From an uncultured delta proteobacterium (lineage in GTDB: Bacteria; Desulfobacterota; Binatia; UBA9968): a stretch of DNA of 64,000 bases. The stretch lies in assembly GCA_963727625.1 (NCBI GenBank), contig CAVSHR010000001.1, positions 1 through 64,000 of the forward strand. Direction: 5' to 3'. The notes beneath the pieces are model-generated. The model searched no databases, was not told the origin of the DNA, and saw only the letters and a list, made by a program, of their open reading frames with translations. Each line of letters starts with the position of its first letter. Position 1 is the stretch's first letter. Position numbers and translations under genes: made by a program. Positions 18,022-27,291 of the stretch are shown piece after piece.

Positions 18022-20352
18022 TCATTCCACCTTAGATCTCATGGATTCCAATGCAAGATAAATCTTTTCCGCCTTGATCGGCAAGTCTTTGATACGCGCG
18101 CCGACGGCGTCATAGATGGCGTTGGCGATCGCCGGCGCCACGGGAATCAGCCCGCTTTCGCCGATGCCCTTGGCGCCGAAAGGACCGTTGCGGTCGGGCA
18201 CTTCGACGCAGATCGAATCGATCACTGCCGGCATGTCGCCGAGTGAAGGCAGAACATAATCGACCGAATTGGGATTGATCAGCTGGCCGTTGTCGTAGGC
18301 GATCTCTTCGAACAGCGCTTGGCCGATGCCGGTGATCGCCGCGCCGACCAGCTGCTGACGGCAGCCGAGTGGGTTAAGCGCCTTGCCCACGTCCACCGCG
18401 CTGACATATTTGATAAGCCGGCACTTGCCCGTGTCGGTATCCACTTCGACTTCGGCCGCCCCCGCGGCGAGAAACCAAAAAGCCGAAGTGGTCTTCTCGC
18501 CGAATTCATCTTTAACCGAAGTCTTCACCTGGCCCTCGCCGACCAGCGTGCCGCCCTGCATCCCGAAGCGCTTGAACATCACCTCCGCATAGTCGAGTTG
18601 GGTTTCCGGCAAACGAAACTTACCGTCGGCAAAGCTGATTTTCTCCGCGGGAACGCCATATTCGGTTGCGACGATTTGCTTGAGCTGACGCAGAACGTCC
18701 CGCGCTGCCAGCTGCACCGCTTTGCCCATGTGAAAGGTCGAGCGGCTCGATGAAGTCGTCAAATCGTACGGTACCACGTCGGTGTCGACGCCGAGCACTT
18801 GAATTTGTTGCATCGGAATCGCCAGCTCTTTGCCGGCGATCTGCGCCAGCACGGTCTCCGAGCCCTGCCCCATTTCCACGGTTCCAGTATAAATGGACAG
18901 ACTCCCATCTTCGTTGAGCTTCACCACCGCAGAGGAGATCGAAGGCGTGATCGTCGCTTTGATCATGCAGGCCAGCCCCTTGCCGCGCCTCCAATTCGAT
19001 CCGCTTGAACCTTGAACCCTTGAATTCTTGAACTTGTTTGAATTCCAACCAATCGACTTCGCCGCCTCGTCGAGACATTCCTTGAGCCCCACCGCGCGCA
19101 GCGTCTCGTCCGTGACGAATCTATCGCCCTCGTTGTAGCCATTCTTTTTGCGCAGTTCGAGGGGATCGATTTTCAGTGCCGCGGCGATGATGTCCATCTG
19201 CGATTCCACCGCCCAGGCCGATTGCGACACGCCGAAGCCGCGAAACGCGCCCGCCGGCGGTTTGTTAGTATAGACCGAATAGGAGTCAATCTTGAGATGA
19301 GGAATTCTGTACGGTCCCGCCGCCGTATAACCCGATTTCTTCGCCACCCGCGGCCCGATCTCAGCGTACGCTCCGGTGTCGAGATGAATCTCACACTCGC
19401 GCGCCACCAGCGTACCGTCGTTCTTGACCCCGGTCTTCATGCGAATGAACGCGGCGTGCTTGGTGATCGTATAAAAAACTTCCTCGCGCGACAGCACGAT
19501 GCGCACCGGCCGGCCGGCCTTCTGCGCCAGCGCGACAGTGATCGGCTCCACCTTCGGATAGACCTTGCCACCGTAGCCACCGCCGAGGTACGGCACGATA
19601 ACGCGCACTTTCGCCACCGGCACTTTGAAAATATTGGCCAGCTGGGTACGCACCACAAAAGGGTTTTGCGTCGTCGCCCACACGGTAATCCGGCCGCCCG
19701 GATCGACGGCGGCTATGCAGGCATGGTTCTCGAGAAAGCTATGCTGCGTCGCCGGCAGGGTGAAGACATCTTCGAAAACTTGGTCCGCTTCGGCAAAACC
19801 TTTTTGAATGTCGCCGCGGTGGAGTTTGAAATGAGTGCAAACGTTGGTGCCCTCGACCGGTTTGAGCTCGGCCAGATCGGCAAATCCCGATCCGGGTAGT
19901 TGCACCGAATCATGAACCAGTACGGCGTCCGATTTCAGGGCCTGCTGCACGTCGAGCACGCTGGGCAGCTCTTCATACTCGACTTCGATAACCTTCAACG
20001 CTTCTTCGGCCGTGTCGACGGTCAAGGCCGCTACTGCCGCCACCGGATCGCCCACATGGCGCACCTTCTCCGTGGCAACGATGGTTTGGTCTTTAAAGAC
20101 CGGGCCGTAGTAGGGCTCGATCCCTTCGTCGTGCAGGATGTCGTCGCGCGTGAGCACCGCAACGACGCCGGCGACCTTGAGGGCCGGCGAAACATCGATG
20201 CGCCGAATGCGCGCATGCGGATAGGGGCTGCGCAGAATCTTGCCGTGGCACATGCCCGGCACACTCATGTCTGCCAGATACTGCGCCTTGCCGGTAACTT
20301 TCGTCAGATAATCCAAGCGCCGATAGGATTTGCCGATTTCCGTCACTTCCAT
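18022..20352 (-). CDS. Xanthine dehydrogenase family molybdopterin-binding large subunit
   Basis: KVTGKAQY, RSPYPHARI, GGGYGGK, AFRGFG, EMGQG, KGIGE (catalytic Glu). Confidence 0.95.
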   Translation of the reverse strand: MEVTEIGKSYRRLDYLTKVTGKAQYLADMSVPGMCHGKILRSPYPHARIRRIDVSPALKVAGVVAVLTRDDILHDEGIEPYYGPVFKDQTIVATEKVRHVGDPVAAVAALTVDTAEEALKVIEVEYEELPSVLDVQQALKSDAVLVHDSVQLPGSGFADLAELKPVEGTNVCTHFKLHRGDIQKGFAEADQVFEDVFTLPATQHSFLENHACIAAVDPGGRITVWATTQNPFVVRTQLANIFKVPVAKVRVIVPYLGGGYGGKVYPKVEPITVALAQKAGRPVRIVLSREEVFYTITKHAAFIRMKTGVKNDGTLVARECEIHLDTGAYAEIGPRVAKKSGYTAAGPYRIPHLKIDSYSVYTNKPPAGAFRGFGVSQSAWAVESQMDIIAAALKIDPLELRKKNGYNEGDRFVTDETLRAVGLKECLDEAAKSIGWNSNKFKNSRVQGSSGSNWRRGKGLACMIKATITPSISSAVVKLNEDGSLSIYTGTVEMGQGSETVLAQIAGKELAIPMQQIQVLGVDTDVVPYDLTTSSSRSTFHMGKAVQLAARDVLRQLKQIVATEYGVPAEKISFADGKFRLPETQLDYAEVMFKRFGMQGGTLVGEGQVKTSVKDEFGEKTTSAFWFLAAGAAEVEVDTDTGKCRLIKYVSAVDVGKALNPLGCRQQLVGAAITGIGQALFEEIAYDNGQLINPNSVDYVLPSLGDMPAVIDSICVEVPDRNGPFGAKGIGESGLIPVAPAIANAIYDAVGARIKDLPIKAEKIYLALESMRSKVE

Positions 20353-20356
20353 CGCG

Positions 20357-20818
20357 TCAGCTCCCCGCCACGTTCTGGATTGCCCGGACGATTTCTTGAT
20401 AGCAGCCGCAACGGCAAAAGTTTCCCGCTAGATAGTCGCGGATCTGCTGTTCCGACGGCTGCGGGCATTCGTCGAGCAGCGCCTTGGCGGCGAGAATGAA
20501 TCCGGAGGTGCAGTAGCCGCACTGCAGCGCGCCGAATTCCATGAAGGCTTCCTGAAGCGGATGCAGGGCGTCTTTTTGGCTTAAGCCTTCCACGGTTAAG
20601 ATTTCACCGCCATCGGCGTCCACAGCGAGAAACGAGCAAGCGCTCACCGGCTTGCCGTTGAGCAGCAGCGTGCAGGCGCCACAAACTTGAATATCGCAAC
20701 CTAGCTTGGCGCCGGTGAGACCAAACTGCTCGCGCACAAGGTCTAACAGCATCGTGCGCGGCTCGATTTCAGCGCTGCGCTCCATTCCGTTTACTTTGAG
20801 CGAGATCGATTTTTTCAT
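20357..20818 (-). CDS. Xanthine dehydrogenase family 2x[2Fe-2S] small subunit
   Basis: GCDIQVCGACT...C; QCGYCT...CRC. Confidence 0.95.
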   Translation of the reverse strand: MKKSISLKVNGMERSAEIEPRTMLLDLVREQFGLTGAKLGCDIQVCGACTLLLNGKPVSACSFLAVDADGGEILTVEGLSQKDALHPLQEAFMEFGALQCGYCTSGFILAAKALLDECPQPSEQQIRDYLAGNFCRCGCYQEIVRAIQNVAGS

Positions 20819-21693
20819 TTATTTCCTAGCGCCCGCGCGTAAGCTTTTATCGCCGCTCGCTTAACCAACGTTCCAACGATCGCCCGTTTGTACGGCTCCG
20901 AGCCGCGCAGATCGCTCGTCGGCCTGCATTCGGTCGCAGCGATCTTTCCCGCTTCAAGAGCTAGTTCCGGAGACACTTCTTTGCCGATCAAACTTGCTTC
21001 GGCTTCGTGCGCGCGTACCGGCGTCGCGCCGACGCAACCGAGCACGACGCGCGCGGCCGCCACGGATTTATTTTCTCCGTCCAAGGTAAACCGCACGGCG
21101 ACGCCCGCCGACGGCTTATCGACCACGGAACTGCTGGAGAAGCGGAGGTATTCGATGCCGGAGCGCGGCGGCAGCGGCGGGATCACCACTTGCGTAATGA
21201 TCTCGTCCTCGGCCAAACTCGTCGTGTAAAAATCGATGAACAGCTCTTCGACCGGCATCGCGCGCTGCCCCGCCGGGCCGGTAATTTTCAATTTTCCATC
21301 CAGCGCAATGAAAATCTGCGACAGATCGGTGAGCGGCTCCCCGGAGGCAAGATTGCCGCCGACGGTGCCCATGTTGCGCACCCGAATGTTGGCGACTTCC
21401 CGTTCGGCTTCGCACAGCACCGGGAATTTATCCTTGACCAGCGCCGAGGATTCTAGCTCGCGATGGGTCACCAGCGCGCCGATGATCAAACCTTCGTTCG
21501 CGTCGTAGCGAATTCCTTTAAGCTGGGGAATCTTTTTGATGTTGACCAGAGATTTAGGTTCAAGAAGTCCCTGCTTCATGAGGATGGTGAGATGCGCCCC
21601 GCCGGCAAAAACTTTCGCTTCGCTGCCATGTTGTTGTAGCAGGGCGCAGGCTTCAGCGACTGTCGTCGGTTCAAGGTAGTCGAAATTCTTCAT
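20815..21693 (-). CDS. Xanthine dehydrogenase family FAD-binding medium subunit
   Basis: FDYLEPTT, AGGAHL, IRVRNMGTVGGNL, SDLRGS..YKR. Confidence 0.95.
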   Translation of the reverse strand: MKNFDYLEPTTVAEACALLQQHGSEAKVFAGGAHLTILMKQGLLEPKSLVNIKKIPQLKGIRYDANEGLIIGALVTHRELESSALVKDKFPVLCEAEREVANIRVRNMGTVGGNLASGEPLTDLSQIFIALDGKLKITGPAGQRAMPVEELFIDFYTTSLAEDEIITQVVIPPLPPRSGIEYLRFSSSSVVDKPSAGVAVRFTLDGENKSVAAARVVLGCVGATPVRAHEAEASLIGKEVSPELALEAGKIAATECRPTSDLRGSEPYKRAIVGTLVKRAAIKAYARALGNK

Positions 21694-21706
21694 GCGCCGT
21701 TCAGGA

Positions 21707-21830
21707 AAATTCGAATATCGAAATTCGAAACAAGCTGGGAAAACTCAAATCCAAATATTAAAATCTGAAACGGCCCAGTTTGGAATTGTTCGCTCTTCGA
21801 TCATTTGAATTTGTTTCGGATTTCGAGTTT
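21707..21830. repeat. Intergenic inverted-repeat element built from 7-bp TCGAAAT-like units
   Basis: Left arm AATATCGAAATTCGAAACAA (21714-21733) and right arm TTGTTTCGGATTTCGAGTTT (21811-21830) are reverse complements at 17/20 positions. Confidence 0.7.
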
Positions 21831-21840
21831 ATGCCATTTT

Positions 21841-23187
21841 CTAGAGGTACTTCACCTTATCGACGCCGGGGATTTCAATTTTCTCGAAACGCCAGCGGTC
21901 CTTCATCGGCGCGGTGGCGTCGATGCCCAGCCCGGCCGTCACCCGCGCTTCGGGGCAGGAAGGATCTAAAGTGGAACAAGCGATGCGCGGCACGATGATC
22001 GCGTCTTTGTCCGCTTGAAAGCGCGTCGACATCGCCCACTCCACCTGCATCGGGTCGAAGGCGTCGATGTCGTCGTCGACCACAATAACCTGCTTGAGAC
22101 CGATGCCCATGGACAAAAGCGCCAGGATTACGTTTCGCCCTTCGTTCTCGGCGCGCTTTTTAATTGAAATGACCACGTGATGACGAAAGGTCCCGCCCGG
22201 CGTCATATTGACGCCGCGCACTTCTGGAACAATCTTTTTCGCCTCGCGGTACACCACCGCGGCGTTGCCGTATTCGATCAAAGTGTGGTTCTCAGTTACC
22301 GGCATGCCGGTGAGCGCGGTCTGCCAGATCGGATTCCGGCGCATGGTGATCGCCGTAACTTTAACCACTGGAGATTGCTTGGCCTCGCTGTAACAACCGG
22401 GATATTCACCGTAGGGTCCATCGGCGACCCGCTGGCCGGGAATCGTCATGCCTTCGATAACCACTTCGGCAAAGGCGGGGACTTCGACGTCGATGGTCTC
22501 GCACTTGGTCAATTTCACTGCCGCGCCGCGAAGGCCGCCAGCGACATAAAACTCGTCGATGCCGAACGGCACGCGCGCTTGTGAGCCGACCACGATGGCC
22601 GGCTCGACGCCGACCGCCGTGGCAACTTCCAAGCCGCGGTTATTCTCTTCGGCTTTCAAGATCATCCGGCCGAGATGATGGTCCGCCGGCGCCCATAGCG
22701 ACAGTCGGTCTTTGCCGAGCACCAGCATGCGGTGAATCGATAGATTGCGCACACCGGTGTCGAGGTCTTTACCGACTTGCATGCCGATGGTGACATAGGG
22801 ACCGCAGTCTTTGCTCGCATGGGTGACAATGGGCAGCTTGCTCAAATCGACCTGCTCGCCGGTCCATTTGATTTCTTTGCAGGGCGCGTCGCCGATGACT
22901 TCGGGCGGAATGCGTTGGTCTTCCAGAGTCAGATAGCGTTCCAGCATCTGCTCTTGCGGCACGCCGAGCCCGAGAGCGACCAGCTTGCGCGTCGCGAAAA
23001 GGCCACCTAAAACGCGCCAGCCTGGGTAGTCTTTGACGTTTTCGAACAGCAGTGCCGGCCCATCGATATCCGAAGTTTTGCGAATACCGGCGGCAATTTC
23101 ATATTTGACGGCGACTGCGTCTCTGATCCGCAGTAACTGTCTTTGGCTTTCAAGGTGAGTTAGGAAACCTCTGAGATCTTCGAACAT
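21841..23187 (-). CDS. UbiD-family (prFMN-dependent) decarboxylase
   Basis: DLRGFL start, GPALLFENV, NLSIHRM (Arg), DGPYGEY, VIVVDDDID...VEWAMSTR, LDPS, GIDAT. Confidence 0.93.
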   Translation of the reverse strand: MFEDLRGFLTHLESQRQLLRIRDAVAVKYEIAAGIRKTSDIDGPALLFENVKDYPGWRVLGGLFATRKLVALGLGVPQEQMLERYLTLEDQRIPPEVIGDAPCKEIKWTGEQVDLSKLPIVTHASKDCGPYVTIGMQVGKDLDTGVRNLSIHRMLVLGKDRLSLWAPADHHLGRMILKAEENNRGLEVATAVGVEPAIVVGSQARVPFGIDEFYVAGGLRGAAVKLTKCETIDVEVPAFAEVVIEGMTIPGQRVADGPYGEYPGCYSEAKQSPVVKVTAITMRRNPIWQTALTGMPVTENHTLIEYGNAAVVYREAKKIVPEVRGVNMTPGGTFRHHVVISIKKRAENEGRNVILALLSMGIGLKQVIVVDDDIDAFDPMQVEWAMSTRFQADKDAIIVPRIACSTLDPSCPEARVTAGLGIDATAPMKDRWRFEKIEIPGVDKVKYL

Positions 23188-23436
23188 GGGCAGTTCCTTT
23201 TGTCGAACTGGAGGCCGCTGAATTCAACCCGCCAGGCTCGCGTCCGCTGGGACACTTTTAGCAGCGAAGTCCCTCTCAGTTCAACCTGAACCGAGCTGGT
23301 ATGCCGAGCGCCCCGTGCGAGAAAAGCAATATCAGCAGGATCCCTTGAGCTAGCAGGAGAGGCCTTCCTTGACAGCGCTTGGCCATTTGCATCATAAAAC
23401 CTTGCAGACCCATCGCCGGCAGGGAGGTTTTTTTTC

Positions 23437-24873
23437 ATGGCGAAAGATCTACGCAGTTATCTGGACGAATTGTTGGAGAAGCACCCCAAAGACGTCGTTG
23501 TCGTCGATAGGGAAGTCGACCCGCGCTACGAAGCCAGCGCCATCGTCGAGAAGCTTGAGAAAGAAAATAAATTTCCATTGGTCTTTTTCAAAAACATCAC
23601 GGGCTCGAAGCTTCCCCTGGTGATCAACCTCGGCGCCACCTATGAGAGACTCGCCTTATCCCTCGGTTCTCCGTCGGTGCCGCAGATGGTCAAAGATCTG
23701 GCCCACCGCGAGCACCATCCGATCCCGGTGAAAGAGATCGCCGCCGCAGACGCCCCCTGCAAGGAAGTCATTCTCAAGGGCGCCGACGCCGACTTGGATC
23801 TCCTGCCGGTTCTAACTCACAACGAAGGCGATGCCGGCGCTTACATCAACGCCGCCGCGCTGATCTGCAAGGAGCGCGGCACCGGCGCGGTCAACGTCGG
23901 CATCTACCGACACCAAAAGCAGGGCAAACGGCAGCTCGGCTTGATGATCAATCCGAGCAACCACGCGAGCTACATGCGCGCCGAGTACGAAGATCACAAC
24001 GAACCAATGGAGGTGGCGCTGGTCATCGGCCACCATCCGGCGCTCAACATGGCCGCCGTCAGCAAGCAGGCCGGCGTCGGTTCGGAGCTGGAAATTGCCG
24101 GCGCCTTTCTCGGCGAGCCGCTCGAAGTGGTCAAAGCGGAGACGGTTAATCTCATGGTGCCGGCCCATGCCGAGATCATCATCGAAGGCATCGTGCCGCC
24201 GAAGAAGCGCCACTACGAAGGCCCTTTTGGCGAGTGGCCGCATTACTATTATAAGGAGGGCGAACAGCCCTTCATCGAAGTGACCGCGATCACCATGCGC
24301 AACAACCCCATCTATCAGAGCATCCACAGCGCACATTTCGAACATAATATCATCGGCGCGGCGCCGCGTTTGGGCAGCCTGCTCAAGCGCGTCCAGGAGG
24401 TCGTGCCAAGCACCACCGGCGTCAACCTGCCGATCTCGGGCGCAGCCCGCTCGCACTGCTATATCTCGGTCAAGAAGCGCGCCGAGGGCGATCCCAAGCA
24501 AGCCGCCCTCGCCGCCCTGGTCACCGATCCGAGCATCAAACATGTCATCGTCGTCGATGACGACGTCGATGTGTTCAATGAGACGCAGGTGCTCTGGGCG
24601 CTGGCGATGCGCTTTCAGGCCGACCGCGACCTGGTCGTGATACCGAACATCATCGGCTCGCACTTGAATCCCACGGCCTATGGCTACGATCGCTTGGCGC
24701 GCGGCCCGATGGAAACGAAATTGATTTTCGACGCCACCAAGCCGCTGCCGCCCTACGATTTCCCCAAAGAGGCGCAGGTGCCGGACGAAGTGCTCAATAA
24801 AGTCGACCTCACGCGGGACACGCGGCCTTACGAGCCGGGCAAAGACGACAAAGCGATTACAGGCAGGTATTAG
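23437..24873 (+). CDS. UbiD-family (prFMN-dependent) decarboxylase, second paralogue
   Basis: DLRSYL start, NVGIYRH, EGPFGEW, VIVVDDDVDV...VLWALAMR, LIFDATKP. RBS GGGAGG. Confidence 0.93.
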   Translation: MAKDLRSYLDELLEKHPKDVVVVDREVDPRYEASAIVEKLEKENKFPLVFFKNITGSKLPLVINLGATYERLALSLGSPSVPQMVKDLAHREHHPIPVKEIAAADAPCKEVILKGADADLDLLPVLTHNEGDAGAYINAAALICKERGTGAVNVGIYRHQKQGKRQLGLMINPSNHASYMRAEYEDHNEPMEVALVIGHHPALNMAAVSKQAGVGSELEIAGAFLGEPLEVVKAETVNLMVPAHAEIIIEGIVPPKKRHYEGPFGEWPHYYYKEGEQPFIEVTAITMRNNPIYQSIHSAHFEHNIIGAAPRLGSLLKRVQEVVPSTTGVNLPISGAARSHCYISVKKRAEGDPKQAALAALVTDPSIKHVIVVDDDVDVFNETQVLWALAMRFQADRDLVVIPNIIGSHLNPTAYGYDRLARGPMETKLIFDATKPLPPYDFPKEAQVPDEVLNKVDLTRDTRPYEPGKDDKAITGRY

Positions 24874-24978
24874 AGAACAGCAGCGATGACGGGCAGAAGC
24901 GTTTCACGAAGGATCATGATGGAGAATCGGCGAATTCGCTTTTTGATTTCGTCGGCGCCTTCATTCGCCGCCGCGCGA

Positions 24979-25653
24979 TCAGCGATACCCCATCGCCGCC
25001 AGGAACTGTTTCAACGAAGAGAATTTTAAGTAGGGATTGGTCTTTTTCTGCTCGCCGATCGTGGCGTGCGGCTTCGCGGCGTAATTGTGGCCGGGGAAAA
25101 GAATCGTTTCGTCCGGCAACGCCATGAGTTTCTGGGTCAGGCTGTAATACATCTGCTCGGCATTGCCGCCGGGAAAATCCACCCGTCCGCAGGCGTCGAT
25201 GAACATCGTGTCGCCGGAAACAACACGGCCGTCGACAAGAAAGCATTGCGAGCCAGGGGTGTGGCCGGGGGTATGCAGCAATTGAATCTCGACGCCGCCC
25301 ACGTCGATCTTATCGCCGCTATCGGTCTTCACAATATCGGACGGAGCGAGGCCCTTCAGAGCCTCCGCCTCGACCCTGTGCACCACGACTTTCGCTTTGC
25401 ACTTGCTCAGAAGTTCGGTAACGCCGGGGATCTCGACATTCGCGAACCGCCCGCCAACGTGATCGGGATGGGTGTGGGTAACGAAGGCATGGGTGATTTC
25501 GACGTCGTCTTGAGCCGCGATTTTGAGGACCGTGTCGATTTCCCACGCGGCGTCGACGACGGCGACTTTGCGAGTCTCTGTCGAGCCGATTAGATAAACA
25601 TAGTTCTGCATTGGACCGATTTCGATCTGTTTAAAATAAAGTCGGTTATCCAT
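24979..25653 (-). CDS. MBL-fold metallo-hydrolase (glyoxalase II-like)
   Basis: THTHPDH, HTPGHTPG, SGDTMF, GRVDFPGG, FPGHNY. Start MDNRLY. Confidence 0.92.
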   Translation of the reverse strand: MDNRLYFKQIEIGPMQNYVYLIGSTETRKVAVVDAAWEIDTVLKIAAQDDVEITHAFVTHTHPDHVGGRFANVEIPGVTELLSKCKAKVVVHRVEAEALKGLAPSDIVKTDSGDKIDVGGVEIQLLHTPGHTPGSQCFLVDGRVVSGDTMFIDACGRVDFPGGNAEQMYYSLTQKLMALPDETILFPGHNYAAKPHATIGEQKKTNPYLKFSSLKQFLAAMGYR

Positions 25654-25759
25654 ATTTGGCTCTCCCCCTCCTTCATCCTCCCCCACACGCAAGACTCAGA
25701 GTCGCGCCAACCCTAGACTCTACACCCTAAACTCTCGACCCTTAGCCGCTCTTCGCCCG

Positions 25760-26530
25760 CTACATCCCCATGATATTGTAGCCGGCATCGACGTGAAGGA
25801 CCTCGCCAGTCACCGCGCTGCCCCAATCGCTGCACAGATAGAGCGCGGTCTTACCGACCTCTTCGGCGTCGATGTTGCGTTTGAGCGGGGCGCGCTCGGC
25901 GACGTGATGGAGCATGGACTTGAAATCGGAAATGCCCGCGGCGGCGAGAGTTCTGAGCGGACCGGCGGAAATCGCGTTGATCCGAATCCCCTTCGGTCCG
26001 AGATCATGGGCGAGGTAGCGCACACTGGCTTCGAGCGCCGCCTTGGCGACGCCCATGACGTTGTAATTGGGGATCACTTTTTCCGAACCCATGTAGGTCA
26101 GCGTCAGGATCGAGCCGTTGCGCCCTTCCATCAGCGGCGCCGCTTTCTGCGCCAGGGCAATCAAGGAATAAGCGCTCACGTCCATGGCCAGATGAAACCC
26201 CGCGCGGCCGGTCTGAACAAAAGGATTGGCGAGGTCCTCCTTATTGGCGAAGGCGATGGCGTGGATCAGGATATCAACGCCGCCCCAATCCTGCTTGAGT
26301 GCCGAGAAAACTTTTTCGATCTCTTCATCCTTGGTGACGTCGCAAGGCAGGATAATCTTCGAACCAATGCCCTCGGCCAACGGCCGCACGCGCTTTTCCA
26401 AAACTTCGCCGGCAAAGGTAAATGCCAACTCCGCGCCCTCGGCGTGAAAAGCCTCCGAGATCGCCCAGGCGATGCTCCGCTCGTTGGCCACACCGAAAAT
26501 CGCCGCTTTCTTCCCATCCAATAAACCCAT
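25760..26530 (-). CDS. fabI: Enoyl-ACP reductase FabI
   Basis: [45 protein letters not shown]. Confidence 0.97.
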   Translation of the reverse strand: MGLLDGKKAAIFGVANERSIAWAISEAFHAEGAELAFTFAGEVLEKRVRPLAEGIGSKIILPCDVTKDEEIEKVFSALKQDWGGVDILIHAIAFANKEDLANPFVQTGRAGFHLAMDVSAYSLIALAQKAAPLMEGRNGSILTLTYMGSEKVIPNYNVMGVAKAALEASVRYLAHDLGPKGIRINAISAGPLRTLAAAGISDFKSMLHHVAERAPLKRNIDAEEVGKTALYLCSDWGSAVTGEVLHVDAGYNIMGM

Positions 26531-26605
26531 CGGTCAACCTCCGTAATTCCTACGCTGGAACCGTCGCGAACTATGAACTTTCTCGGTTCCCGCCCTTTTG
26601 CCTTT

Positions 26606-27214
26606 TTACTTTTGCCTTTTGCCTTTTTCCACCAGCCCCCGCTGCCAGAGATACTCAGGCTCACCTGTTTGCTTGGCGATCCAGCGCGATAGCACGAAGA
26701 ACAGATCGCTTAAACGATTGACGTACTTGAGCGCGTCGGCGTTGATTTCTTCCGTGCGCGAAAGCCGCAAGATTTCCCGCTCGGCGCGCCGGCAGACCGT
26801 CCGGCATTGATGCAGATAGGCGCCGATACGCCCGCCGCCTGGCAGGATAAACGACATGAGTGGCTCGAGATCCTTCTGGCACCGGTCGATTAGTTTTTCC
26901 AGGCGCGTGATTTCTTGATCGCCGACGCGGAACATCCCCGGTTGGAAAAACTCCGGCGGCGTCGCCAGCTCGCTACCTAAATCGAAGAGCTCGTCTTGCA
27001 ACCGGCACAACACCTCGTCTAAAAATTGGTGCGCCTCGCCTGCGTCGAGGCTCTCTTCGTTGAATACCCGGGCCAAGCCGACGATGGAATTGAGCTCGTC
27101 GATGGTGCCGTAGGCGTCGATGCGCGGCGAATCTTTGGGCAGGCGTTTGCCGCCGACCAGGCTGGTTTCGCCGCCGTCGCCGGTACGGGTATAAACTTTG
27201 GTGATTCGAACCAT
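26606..27214 (-). CDS. PduO-type ATP:cob(I)alamin adenosyltransferase
   Basis: Start MVRITKVYTRTGDGGET. GTIDELNS, FILPGG, RTVCRRAER, YVNRLSDLFF. Confidence 0.95.
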   Translation of the reverse strand: MVRITKVYTRTGDGGETSLVGGKRLPKDSPRIDAYGTIDELNSIVGLARVFNEESLDAGEAHQFLDEVLCRLQDELFDLGSELATPPEFFQPGMFRVGDQEITRLEKLIDRCQKDLEPLMSFILPGGGRIGAYLHQCRTVCRRAEREILRLSRTEEINADALKYVNRLSDLFFVLSRWIAKQTGEPEYLWQRGLVEKGKRQK

Positions 27215-27291
27215 GGCCGGTAATGTGCGACCGCTAAGAATTTCGTACGCAACCCCGGCGATTTTAGCTTCGCCGTCTGCGCCCACTGATT

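Noticed and set aside
18022-21693. Aerobic CO dehydrogenase (coxMSL) or 4-hydroxybenzoyl-CoA reductase
   Set aside because: The large subunit has AFRGFG, not the form I AYxCSFR motif. The FAD subunit lacks the Cys-rich [4Fe-4S] insertion of HcrB.
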